DNA of 63,261 bases, the filler included, from Octopus bimaculoides (taxonomy: Eukaryota), in NCBI RefSeq assembly GCF_001194135.2. It is 7 parts of 6 records of this genome, joined end to end, with 100 filler letters (N's around TTAATTAATTAA, not from the genome) between each part and the next. Parts side by side here need not be neighbours in the genome. Positions count along the whole stretch, not along the records: positions 1 to 4,725 come from NC_068993.1; positions 4,826 to 11,283 come from NC_068983.1; 5 more parts are not named here. One strand, written 5' to 3'. Positions within the stretch are counted from its first letter, which is position 1, and each line of letters begins with the position of its first letter. The notes under the pieces were generated by a model. That model made no database searches. It was not told the origin of the DNA and saw only the letters and a list, made by a program, of their open reading frames with translations. The position numbers and the translations under genes are program-made. Below are positions 1 through 11,100 of the stretch, one piece after another.

Positions 1-117
1 GCAAAACACTTTCAATACAGTAAACATAAGAGCACCACAGCAAACCGCAGCACATACCCAAGGCGCACAGAGCTGCGCTCGGTAGTGAAGTGAAAGCACG
101 TTGTAAAAATAAAACTA

Positions 118-120
<3 letters not shown>

Positions 121-172
<52 letters not shown>
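121..172. repeat. (AAT)n microsatellite
   Basis: Uninterrupted AAT run; source of the poly-Leu ORF at 12..278. Confidence 0.95.
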
Positions 173-175
<3 letters not shown>

Positions 176-654
176 GATGGGCTACAGCAAATATTCTGCT
201 TAATACCACAGATTTTCTTGTCAGTTGTTTGACCTTAACCAGTTGAGCATGTCCCTTGGTGGCTGACGATATGTGCATCTCTGATCATGAGCAGAAGTAG
301 TGGGGGAGCATCATAGCCATGTGTTGAGAGGAATTCTTTGGGGTTTGAATAATACAGCAATGTATCAGTAAATGCGTTAATGGGGAGAAGGATATTGAAA
401 AATATAAATATGCCAAAGTGACAAAGAAACAAGGAATGTATTAGGTGGTCGTGAGATATGCTAAAAATAACAGCTAAATAGTCTTTAAATCATACACAAT
501 ATGTTTTTCTTGCATAATCTTATAAATTCTTGTGTGTAGAACACAAATACGTGAAAAATGTTCTGAAGATTCCTAGAAATAAAAATGCAAAGAGGTATTA
601 TATGGAGTACTTAAACCCTTGCAGTGTCCTTCCGAAGAAAAATCACGAATCTTC

Positions 655-806
655 GTCACTCTGAATATCTCCGAGAACTATGTTAAGGGTACACGTGTCT
701 GTGGAGTGCTCAGCCACTTGCACGTTAATTTCACGAGCAGGCTGTTCCGTTGATCGGATCAACTGGAACCCTCGACGTCGTAAGCGACGGAGTGCCAACA
801 ACAACA
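655..806 (+). mobile_element. SINE family A, 5'-truncated copy
   Basis: Near-identical to the 3' half of the full copy at 16502-16890 (ctgaatat..gagaactatgttaagggtacacgtgtctgtggagtgctcagccacttgcacgttaatttcacgagcaggc...gtgccaacaacaac). Confidence 0.9.
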
Positions 807-984
807 CAAGTATAGCTCATACATCTAAACTATAGACAGAGTGGCCACGGTTGTTACACTTCCGATCATACAACTTTCCAAGGGACTAGACAGTAAAAAT
901 CATCATCGCTATTCTCAAAAGCAACGTGATTCATCGTTAAGCAGGATATATGAAACAAGTGTAATGTCCAAATCTGAAGTATTC

Positions 985-1400
985 TAAACTGTCATTTCAG
1001 AATAAATGCTAATATCGGAACTGTATCACACTCTATGTCTCAGTTTTCTAAAAGCTACACTCGAAACCCTGCCATTACGTGATGCAAGTATTTGAAGACA
1101 GCGTACTTCCAAGATATTCAAAAACTGTCTACGTCTCTCAGTTCACTCACACTTACTTTTTGTTCCAGTGGGCACGTAGGTTGATGTACTTCTGGGTTTT
1201 TTCCTGTGCTGATAATCAGGCCAAAGTTACTGCAGGCCTTTGAAAATCGATTGATACACCTTTGCATCCTGGACACATCTAGTGCAAGCAATTTTTCATC
1301 ATATGCAGGCAGCATTTCGCAGACACTTTAGACCTGTAAGCTTTTGCTTGCAAACTGCGTTGATGATGTATCTAATGTCAATTCAAGGTGAAGGTGTTAT
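985..1400 (-). mobile_element. RTE-clade LINE reverse transcriptase fragment (decayed)
   Basis: Minus-strand translation MQRCINRFSKACSNFGLIIST..EVHQP..VDSF/EYLGSTLS..AFRKL resembles RTE/BovB-type RT downstream of the YADD motif; frameshifted. Boundaries approximate. Confidence 0.7.
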
Positions 1401-1964
1401 GAAAGCCACTTGTAATATGGCAGAAAATGGATTACTAAAAAAGAGTAGACGCTGAGACACAATCCTGTTTAAAACCATTTGTGATATAAATTTGTATAGA
1501 CATATCTCCATTATAGTGTAGATAAGATTCAGTAATGTAGGTCTGTCTCAAAAGTAAAAACAGCAGTAACAACATCAAGTAACTTCTATCCAGCCATCAA
1601 AATAGCCTCCTCCTACGATCGCTCTTTCTCCGAGGAATAGCAGTCAGGTCTGTCTCTGACTAGATCTTAAATAAGAAATGGGCAGGTTGACCAACACATT
1701 GATAAAAGAACAGGATACTCAAGACTGCCATACCTTCCACCATACGTCAGCTAGATCAATGTTGACCTAAGGCCTCTACGTAATAAGCTCAAGCTGCAAG
1801 AAATAGCAGTTAAGTCAGTCTCAAATTTTAAGGAAATAAATCACCCAACAAAGAAACCAAATATGATCATTGCCTGCAAAACTTTTGATTGTTATTCTTT
1901 TTACTCGAATAGCCTTAATTTAGAATGTCATGACGATGACCATAACGACAATAACAACAATGAT

Positions 1965-2807
1965 GGAAGCGGCGATGAGGATAGCAAGACTAACAACATA
2001 GGCAGCGGCGATGAGGATAGCAAGACTAACAACATAGGCAGCGGCGATGAGGATAGCAAGACTAACAACATAGGCAGCGGCGATGACNNNNNNNNNNNNN
2101 NNNNNNNNNNNNNNNNNNNNNNNNNNNNNNNNNNNNNNNNNNNNNNNNNNNNNNNNNNNNNNNNNNNNNNNNNNNNNNNNNNNNNNNNNNNNNNNNNNNN
2201 NNNNNNNNNNNNNNNNNNNNNNNNNNNNNNNNNNNNNNNNNNNNNNNNNNNNNNNNNNNNNNNNNNNNNNNNNNNNNNNNNNNNNNNNNNNNNNNNNNNN
2301 NNNNNNNNNNNNNNNNNNNNNNNNNNNNNNNNNNNNNNNNNNNNNNNNNNNNNNNNNNNNNNNNNNNNNNNNNNNNNNNNNNNNNNNNNNNNNNNNNNNN
2401 NNNNNNNNNNNNNNNNNNNNNNNNNNNNNNNNNNNNNNNNNNNNNNNNNNNNNNNNNNNNNNNNNNNNNNNNNNNNNNNNNNNNNNNNNNNNNNNNNNNN
2501 NNNNNNNNNNNNNNNNNNNNNNNNNNNNNNNNNNNNNNNNNNNNNNNNNNNNNNNNNNNNNNNNNNNNNNNNNNNNNNNNNNNNNNNNNNNNNNNNNNNN
2601 NNNNNNNNNNNNNNNNNNNNNNNNNNNNNNNNNNNNNNNNNNNNNNNNNNNNNNNNNNNTGAGGATAGCAAGACTAACAACATAGGCAGCGGCGATGAGG
2701 ATAGCAAGACTAACAACATAGGCAGCGGCGATGAGGATAGCAAGACTAACAACATAGGCAGCGGCGATGAGGATAGCAAGACTAACAACATAGGCAGCGG
2801 CGATGAC
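1965..2807. repeat. 36-bp minisatellite (unit GGCAGCGGCGATGAGGATAGCAAGACTAACAACATA) spanning an assembly gap
   Basis: Essentially identical head-to-tail units on both sides of the N run; no spacers. Confidence 0.95.
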
Positions 2808-3373
2808 ATCGACGACTAATATAAAGCGGATTCAGCGGGCTGCCAAAGGCTTTATTATTTGGATAGGACTGACCAGTCAATAAGTTTCGAACCTACTATA
2901 TCTCGGATATTTATTGTTGTCGTATAGTCGAGGAGAGAGCTAGTAATCAAATGCGTTCAGTCAAAACAAAAACATGTTTATTTTAAACGATATCCAGAAA
3001 TATAGAATTCAGTGTGTCCTTCCCAATTTCAAGATAGTAGATAAAGATTTAAGGGTGATATGGCTGTTATTTCTATAAAAGATCGTGCGATTATATAGAG
3101 GTTCGCTTATTCGGCTCGTTACCGTATTTGGTGCCAGAGCTTTCGACGGAAAAAAATTTTAAAAATGCATTTCAGTCATTAGTTGTCTCCCTTTACCTTC
3201 TAACTTTTTAATACCGTCGAACCTAGTTTCACAACCACCAACATCACAACCATTGCCCGCCACCATCACCACCACTGTTACCACAACACAACAACACCGC
3301 CACAAGCACCATAAATGCTGCTCCAACAACCACCATTGAAACCACTACCACTACCAGCACTACGGCAATTGAT

Positions 3374-3658
3374 GTCGGCACTCCGTCGCTTACGACGTCG
3401 AGGGTTCCAGTTGATCCGATCAACGGAACAGCCTGCTCGTGAAATTAACGTGCAAGTGGCTGAGCACTCCACAGACACGTGTACCCTTAACGTAGTTCTC
3501 GGGGATATTCAGCGTGACACAGTGTGTGACAAGGCTGACCCTTTGAATTACAGGCACAACAGAAACAGGAAGAAAGAGTGAGAGAAAGTTGTGGTGGAAG
3601 AGTATAGCAGGGTTCGCCACCATCCCCTGCCGGAGCCTCGTGGAGCTTTAGGTGTTTT
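3374..3658 (-). mobile_element. SINE family A copy (head lost in gap)
   Basis: Reverse complement matches the body and tail of 16502-16890. Confidence 0.9.
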
Positions 3659-4302
3659 NNNNNNNNNNNNNNNNNNNNNNNNNNNNNNNNNNNNNNNNNN
3701 NNNNNNNNNNNNNNNNNNNNNNNNNNNNNNNNNNNNNNNNNNNNNNNNNNNNNNNNNNNNNNNNNNNNNNNNNNNNNNNNNNNNNNNNNNNNNNNNNNNN
3801 NNNNNNNNNNNNNNNNNNNNNNNNNNNNNNNNNNNNNNNNNNNNNNNNNNNNNNNNNNNNNNNNNNNNNNNNNNNNNNNNNNNNNNNNNNNNNNNNNNNN
3901 NNNNNNNNNNNNNNNNNNNNNNNNNNNNNNNNNNNNNNNNNNNNNNNNNNNNNNNNNNNNNNNNNNNNNNNNNNNNNNNNNNNNNNNNNNNNNNNNNNNN
4001 NNNNNNNNNNNNNNNNNNNNNNNNNNNNNNNNNNNNNNNNNNNNNNNNNNNNNNNNNNNNNNNNNNNNNNNNNNNNNNNNNNNNNNNNNNNNNNNNNNNN
4101 NNNNNNNNNNNNNNNNNNNNNNNNNNNNNNNNNNNNNNNNNNNNNNNNNNNNNNNNNNNNNNNNNNNNNNNNNNNNNNNNNNNNNNNNNNNNNNNNNNNN
4201 NNNNNNNNNNNNNNNNNNNNNNNNNNNNNNNNNNNNNNNNNNNNNNNNNNNNNNNNNNNNNNNNNNNNNNNNNNNNNNNNNNNNNNNNNNNNNNNNNNNN
4301 NN

Positions 4303-4346
<44 letters not shown>

Positions 4347-4391
4347 CATGCATACATACATACATACATACATACATATTGTACATATACC

Positions 4392-4700
4392 TTTTGTCTT
4401 TCACTTGTTTCAGTCATTTGACTGCGACCATGCTGGAGTATCTCCTTGAGTGGGTTTTAGTCGAACAAATCGACCCCAAGACGTATTAGTTTCTAAGCCT
4501 AGCACTTATTCTCTCTGTGCTTTTGCTGAAACGCTAAGTTACGGGAAAGTAAGCACACCAACACCGGTTGTCAAGTGGTGAGCGGGAAGACAAACACAAA
4601 CACACACACACACACACATACACACACACACACACTTAGATATATACATGTACATTTATACGATGGGCTTCTTTCACTTTCCGTCTACCAAGTCCATTCG
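4392..4700 (-). mobile_element. SINE family D copy (body and tail, internal CA/TA microsatellite)
   Basis: Matches the plus-strand copy at 5047-5432, including the ccagcatgg..cgcagtcaaatgactgaaacaag tail. Confidence 0.8.
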
Positions 4701-4825
4701 CAATCATTATATATATATATATATANNNNNNNNNNNNNNNNNNNNNNNNNNNNNNNNNNNNNNNNNNNNTTAATTAATTAANNNNNNNNNNNNNNNNNNN
4801 NNNNNNNNNNNNNNNNNNNNNNNNN

Positions 4826-4887
4826 AAAGGCGGTGCTCCAGCATGGCCGCAGTCAAATGACTAAAACAAGTAAAAGAATAAAAGAAT
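4826..4887 (+). mobile_element. SINE family D 3' tail
   Basis: ggcggtgctccagcatggccgcagtcaaatgactaaaacaagtaaaagaataaaaga, as in the other family D copies. Confidence 0.8.
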
Positions 4888-4891
4888 ATAC

Positions 4892-4955
<64 letters not shown>

Positions 4956-4980
4956 ATATGTATGTATACACACATACACT

Positions 4981-5008
4981 CAAGGGGAATTGAAAAGTTC
5001 CTGGCTTT
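4981..5008. repeat. Solo mariner-type terminal inverted repeat
   Basis: c.agggg..tgaaaagttcctggcttt matches the TIR of the MITE at 24879-25005. Confidence 0.6.
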
Positions 5009-5046
5009 GATTAATAAACGCGCGCGCGCACGCACACACACACACT

Positions 5047-5432
5047 GAGCAGGGGTGGTTGTGAGAAGTTTGCATCCCAACCGCATGGTTCCAGGTTCAA
5101 TCACCCTGTGTGGCACCTTGAGCAAGTATCTTCCACTATAACCCCGAACCAACTAAAGCCTTTAAGATTTGGTAGACAGAAACTGAAAGAAACCAATCGT
5201 ATATATCTATGTGTGTGTATGTGTGCATGTGTGCTTGTGTTCCTCCCTCCACCACCGCTTGACAAGCGTTGTTCGTTTGCTTACGTTCTTGTAACTTAAC
5301 AGTTCAGACAAAGGTAACGATAGAATAAATACCAGGCTTTGTGAAAAGAAATAAATACTAGTGTTTTGACTAAAACCTTTCAAGGCGATGCACCACCATG
5401 GCCGTAGTCGAATGACTGAAACATGTCTAAGG
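5047..5432 (+). mobile_element. SINE family D, near full length; tRNA-derived, CORE-SINE-like (possibly OR1/OR2-type)
   Basis: B-box-like ggttcaatcac, followed by ggcaccttgagcaagt resembling the start of the CORE domain, an internal TG tract and the conserved tail. Further copies at 4392, 15300, 57650 and 62029. Confidence 0.75.
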
Positions 5433-5452
5433 TGAAAGATAAATGTGTGCGT

Positions 5453-5528
<76 letters not shown>

Positions 5529-5895
5529 ATATATATATAGAGAGAAGGCGATGGGACATGAGATAGAGAGAGGGGAAGAAAGACAGAAAAAGATAGAAAT
5601 ATACGCTTGCGTGTGTGTGTGTGTGTATGTGTGTGTGTGTGTGTTAGAATCTGTTTATTTGCGAAAATTGAAAACATAATTCATAATAAAGAACTCAATA
5701 CTAATTAAGATGATAATAATAAGTTTATTTATTTTCTACTGGCAATGGGTTTACATTTGTTTCTCTCAATGTGCAAAATTGTAAGAGCCAACAAAGGAGT
5801 TTTTACTTACTAGAAATAATAAGCAAATTTCCCTAAAATAACACCACACTGTTCTTCTAAGATGATAAACACAATGGATAATGTAACTTTAGATA

Positions 5896-5922
5896 GATTT
5901 CTTTATTAGCCACACAGGGCTC
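5896..5922 (-). mobile_element. 27-bp 3'-terminal stub of the Tx1/L1-like LINE, with a 16-bp TSD
   Basis: atttctttattagccacacagggctcaa also occurs at ~26294 and ~61229 (the LINE 3' end); flanked by direct repeats aatgtaactttagata at 5880-5895 and 5923-5938. Confidence 0.8.
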
Positions 5923-7174
5923 AATGTAACTTTAGATAAAAAAAAAAAAGACGTCGGTAACACATCTGGAACCCTTCTGGTCATACATCTGTTTAATAAG
6001 AGCTCACCTAGGCCTAAACAGCAGTATATAAGGACTGAGAAACGCTTCCTTAACATGCAGCATATTACCTGTGGGTATAATGTCTTGGATTAAATAGAAT
6101 CTTCAAGCTGAATCACTCTGTACATGTTATTGACGGCAATTTGTACATGTTACTGACCGCTATGTTATTGACCGCTATTATGCTAGTGACTGCTATCAAT
6201 ACATGTTATCGACTGTTATTTGTACGATAGAAATTTCCGAATATAAATCTGCCAAGGAAAAGTCAGTTTTAGATGGGAGGTAACGGTAGGTAACGGTAGG
6301 TTCATTTATTCACTCGGAAATTTCATAAATTTATGTTCAAGCTATACTCTATGTATCATTTAATTATAATTGTTCTCATTAAAGCATATTATATANNNNN
6401 NNNNNNNNNNNNNNNNNNNNNNNNNNNNNNNNNNNNNNNNNNNNNNNNNNNNNNNNNNNNNNNNNNNNNNNNNNNNNNNNNNNNNNNNNNNNNNNNNNNN
6501 NNNNNNNNNNNNNNNNNNNNNNNNNNNNNNNNNNNNNNNNNNNNNNNNNNNATATATATATATATACACACATTTATATACAATTATCCATATATTATAT
6601 ATAATAAAGGATAAAATCATTAAAAATTTTATCAGTGGCCAGCATATAAAAATAGACCTATTAAGATGAAATCATATTTATAATTATTATTAAGGGCATA
6701 GAAAAACTCTAGCTTATATGCTGAAAAGCGACGCTAAATCGTCCAACCAGTTTAAAACAGTTTTACTTTCTATTTTTCCTTCTCTCGCTTAAGTATGGTG
6801 CTGTGTATAGAGAGTGCTGCAAATTTAGTGTACACATTTTTAATTTACCCATCCCGAAATAACAAAGTTCATAGTATCGACCAAAACCAAAAGAAAAGTA
6901 GCTGATCAAAGTAATTATATCTACTATTTTCATTCAAGTCATAAAAAACTAGAAAAAAAATACTGGAGATGTGAGAAAAGAAGGCTATGCTATGTGCGAA
7001 TTCACACGGTAACGGAAAACAGTGAGCCGAAAATTATTTATATTTCTAGTGAGCACCTTCATCCAGCTGGTGTAGAAAATCAGTTGCAAAAATAAAGCAC
7101 GAAGCGGTAGAAAACATAGCAGCAAGTTCGCGTAGCATAATAGCTGCGAAGTTTACTCTGCTAACAGAAAATAC

Positions 7175-7755
7175 TTGCGCTCAACTTCGATTGCCTGTAC
7201 TTTCAAGAACTATTCAAAGGTGTCGACAAAAAAATCTGGATTTCCCGCTAATCCAAGGGCTAGAACTGATTTTGAAATATCTGAAGAATATTGTAAATTT
7301 GATTATGGCGAACAGTTTCTGAGATACGATTTGGGTTTCGAGGATCAACAGCTCATACTAGTATTTGCATCAGAAAGTGCTCTTCAGGATATAGCATCAT
7401 ATCGTTATTGGGCATGTGATGGAACGTTCAAAATTGCGCCAGAACAGTGGTTTCAATTATTTAGTATTCATGTACAAGTTAAGGGTAGTAGTTTTCTGCG
7501 GGTCGTTGCATTACTGCCGAATACAACAAAGCTGAAATACGAATTATTTTTCGACCAATAGAAAATTATGCAACCTAATCCATACCACTTGATCTCAAGG
7601 CAGATTTCGAAGATGCAGTACATAAGGCATTTAATTCATAATTCCCTAATTCATTTATCGTAGTGTGTTTGTTTCATTTGAGCCAATCAATATTTCGAAA
7701 AATCACAGATATAGGCCTCAAAGAAAAATGCAATAAAGACTTTGTTCTGTATTTA
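7175..7755 (+). mobile_element. MULE/Mutator-like transposase remnant
   Basis: YWACDGTFKIAPEQWFQLFSIH..ALLPN, then after a stop DFEDAV..AF..FP...VCLFHLSQSIFRKI: MULE DDE-domain motifs, with stops and frameshifts. Confidence 0.8.
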
Positions 7756-7770
7756 AGAGATAAGGAATTC

Positions 7771-7934
7771 TGTACATTATTTACATTTGACGAATATTTG
7801 TCCTCATCTTGTTTGTTGTTAACACAACGTTTCGGCTGATATACCTTCCAGACTTCAACAAGTGTCTTGGGGGAAATTTCCATCCTGGGTTCTCATTCCT
7901 GAGGTATTTTTCGATAATATTATTATTATTATTA

Positions 7935-7994
<60 letters not shown>

Positions 7995-8067
7995 TCACTG
8001 CCTGGAATCGAACTCGGAAACTTGGGGTTAGTAGCCCGCGCTCTTAACCACTACGCCATATGCCCGT
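7771..8067 (-). mobile_element. SINE family C copy 1 (tRNA head, (AAT)n, HHR-like tail)
   Basis: A-box TGGCGTAGTGG and B-box GAGTTCGATTCC on the minus strand; homologous to 8068-8345, 53954-54060 and 54073-54436. Confidence 0.85.
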
Positions 8068-8130
8068 TGGCGTAGTGGTTAAGGGCGTAGGCCCTAACCC
8101 CAAGATTTCGAGTTTGATTCCAGGCAGTGA

Positions 8131-8195
<65 letters not shown>

Positions 8196-8345
8196 TCGAA
8201 AAATACCTTAGGAACGAGAACTCAGGTTCGAAATTTCCCCAAGACACCTGATGAAGGCTGGAGGGTATATCAGCCAAAACGTTGTGCTAACAACAAACAA
8301 GATGAGGACAAATATTCGTCAAATGTAAATAATGTAAATAATGTA
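8068..8345 (+). mobile_element. SINE family C copy 2, head-to-head with copy 1
   Basis: tggcgtagtggttaag head, (AAT)n, then gacacCTGATGAaggctg...cagcc, ending in (aaatgt)-like tail. Confidence 0.85.
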
Positions 8346-8710
8346 CTACTACATCACGTATGAAAAATGTCATCGCTTAAATGAGAGCCATTTTCGACTT
8401 CGCACACCCGTACTCTTTCCAAGACCTGCACCATAACACCCTCAAGAATTTCAGTCCTCACTTCTCTGATTTCTCTATAGATGTTCTCCTTCAGTTGCAC
8501 CAGGGTCCCCAGTTTGTTGACGTAAACCCTCTCTTTGAGGTATCCCCACAAGAAAAAATCCGGGATAGTCAAGTCTGGGGAACGTGAAGGCCAGTTGACA
8601 TTGCCATAGCGGGAGATTATTCTCTCTCCAAAGCACTGCCGTAGCAACTGCATTATTTCTCTTGCGGTATGAGCAGCTGCCCTATCTTGCTGGAGCCATG
8701 TGTGAGGTCT
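8346..8710 (-). mobile_element. Tc1/mariner transposase 3' fragment, DD41D (rosa-like)
   Basis: WLQQD-x41-D (WPSRSPDLTIPDFFLWGYLKERVY); 41 residues counted between the last two catalytic Asp. Confidence 0.8.
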
Positions 8711-8718
8711 ACTTTGAA

Positions 8719-9104
8719 TGGCCTTCACGATCCCCAGACTTGACTATCCCGGACGGATTTTTTCTTCTGGAGATACTTTAAAGAGAGGGCTTATGTCAAC
8801 AAACCGGAGACCCTGGTGCAACTGAAGGGGAACATCTATAAAGAAACCAGAGAAGTGGAGTCTGAAACTCTCGAGGGTTTTATGGTGCAGGTTTTGGAAA
8901 GAGCACGAGCATGCGAAGCCGATAATGGCTGCCATTTAAGTGATGTCATTTTTCATATGTGATGTAGTGGTATTGCAAAATTTGACTTGTGCATATTAAT
9001 TTCAATTATGTCCTTTATATTGTATCAAAATTTCATGTACTTATTTGTAAAGTTAAGGAAGTTATCAGAAATTGAAACCCATCAGTAACTTTTGGCACAC
9101 CCTG
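8719..9104 (+). mobile_element. Second, inverted rosa-like transposon 3' end with terminal repeat
   Basis: Homologous to 8346-8590 in opposite orientation (WPSRSPDLTIP...); ends ...ttttggcacaccctg followed by TA (9105-9106). Confidence 0.8.
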
Positions 9105-9137
9105 TATATAGCGCAAGTCCATGTGTGTGCGTGTGTG

Positions 9138-9213
<76 letters not shown>

Positions 9214-9575
9214 TGTATCCACTGGTGTTATGTGTACGCGTTTTATATTTGCTGTAGCGCATATGCTTTGAGTGTATGTCCGTGGTTATGTCTCATTGCA
9301 TGCTTTAGTGTGCTTATATGGCTAATGGTCAGTGAATATCTTCGTATACATGTATATCGCCATATATACATATTCTTCAAATGACAGTTAATTAGGTCAA
9401 CTGAAAATTGTCTTAGAATCCAGCAATACCAATCATTACGGTCTCTATACCATAAGCTGTCATACAAATATAGTTTATTTTGAAATGTTACTATATACAA
9501 AAACAAACTTGGTGTATGTTTGAAAGAAATTTTGAAATATAAAATGCACATTTACACACACACATACACACACAC

Positions 9576-9607
<32 letters not shown>

Positions 9608-9620
9608 AAANNNNNNNNNN

Positions 9621-9657
<37 letters not shown>

Positions 9658-9732
9658 ACCTGCTCACATATACGTTTCCATACACACAAGCGCTTCAAAA
9701 TTGTTGTAAAATGTTCTTCCTCATATTTAAGC

Positions 9733-9910
9733 GAGCCGGTGGAAATGTTTGCATGCCTGGTAAAATTCTTAGCGGCAATTTCGTTTTTACGGACAAAATA
9801 CCGCTAAGTTCTGAGTTCAGATCCTGCCAAGTTGAACTTCTGTGTCGATGTAATCGACTTAACCCCTTCTATGAAATTGCTGGCCTTGTGCCAAAGCTTG
9901 AAACCAATGT
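9733..9910 (+). mobile_element. SINE family B copy, internally deleted
   Basis: Head, gtcgatgtaatcgact and gctggccttgtgccaaa tail shared with 18414-18620. Confidence 0.7.
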
Positions 9911-10845
9911 TTAAGCGCTTTGAGGCCGATTTCGTTCCTTATTTCAAAAAGGTACCTGATCCTATTCATGACTACATCTTCTTCCAGAATGCCTAATCGC
10001 GTGCCAATATAAGGAATCGATATTTTAATTCAGATGAATTATGTCTCTAACATAATAATCTTACTACCGAAGCTAGTAATTGAGTAACCTACAAATGACA
10101 TTAGTCAAAACATAACTACATCAGTACTCACACACACACATACATACATACACACAGGTGAGGGGGAAGAGAGAGTTGCTAGCAGATTGTACTTTATACG
10201 TATGTTTGCTGTAGTCGAAGATATGTTACGTTTAAGGAAGGAGACTCCAATTTTGCACCCGTGCTGTGCAATCAAAACACTACGCTACGTCACTGCACAC
10301 GTGCGTGCTCATTCAAATGATAGCACATAGGCATTATATGTGCTTATGTACATATAACACCGACACCCTGTCGTCTGAACGAGACATTGAAGAAACCTTT
10401 ACGTTGTTGCTTGACTTGCTAGAAATATCGACCAAATTACTTTTGAATTACATACGATTGTCTTAAAAGAAAAGAAAATGACACATTTGATAGTGTAGTC
10501 CTACAAATAGCGTATCGAACAAGAATGGATCATCACAGCAGAAACATTTTTTGTCATAGATGATGACTGACCTGAGGTAAACAACTTAGAGACACATAAG
10601 TGCACATAAAACTGGCAGTTAACATCCAAACATTCAATTACGTTTGACATATTAAGTTGATGGCTGGTTTTAAATAAAAAAAAAACAGCTAGGTGTATTT
10701 TTTTACCAGGTAAGTTCATTCAGATTGGTGATATTTTTGCTTGGAAATGATAACAATCAACGTATAGTGTTATAGAGTCTTTCTACGATGACGAAAATCT
10801 TAAATTTGGGTTAAATTTTCTAATAAGGTAACTATAAGCTAAGTT

Positions 10846-11100
10846 TACGAGCTGGCAGAATCGTTAGCCCACTGGCGAAGTGCTTAGCAGCATTTCGTCT
10901 GTCTTTACGTTCTGAGTACAAATTCCGGCGTGGTCGATTTACTTTTCATCCTTTCGGGGTCGATAAAATAGGTAACACTAAGATCGATAAAATATCGGGG
11001 TCGATAAAATAGGATCACTGAGATCGATGTAATCGACTTACTCCCCCCACCACCACCACCACCACCCGAACTTGCTGGCCTTGTGCCAAAATTTATAACC
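10846..11100 (+). mobile_element. SINE family B (Meta-domain-like) copy
   Basis: gagctggcagaatcgttagc head; ttttcatcctttcggggtcgataaaat central domain with local duplications of tcgataaaata. Confidence 0.8.

Noticed and set aside
1965-2807. 36-bp repeats as a CRISPR array
   Set aside because: Units are directly adjacent with no spacers; eukaryotic context; no cas genes.
3225-3370. Thr/His-rich mucin-like reading frames
   Set aside because: Degenerate (ACC/ACA)n tract with stops or frame changes; similar cryptic repeats occur throughout the window.
4770-4781. TTAATTAATTAA embedded in N runs (also ~11328, 26441, 30419, 40686, 61958)
   Set aside because: An identical palindromic 12-mer with stops in all six frames, always between Ns: a scaffolding linker, not biology.
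8068-8140. tRNA-like sequences as functional tRNA genes (also 16502, 18414, 62120)
   Set aside because: They lack a complete cloverleaf or acceptor stem and are fused to multicopy SINE bodies.
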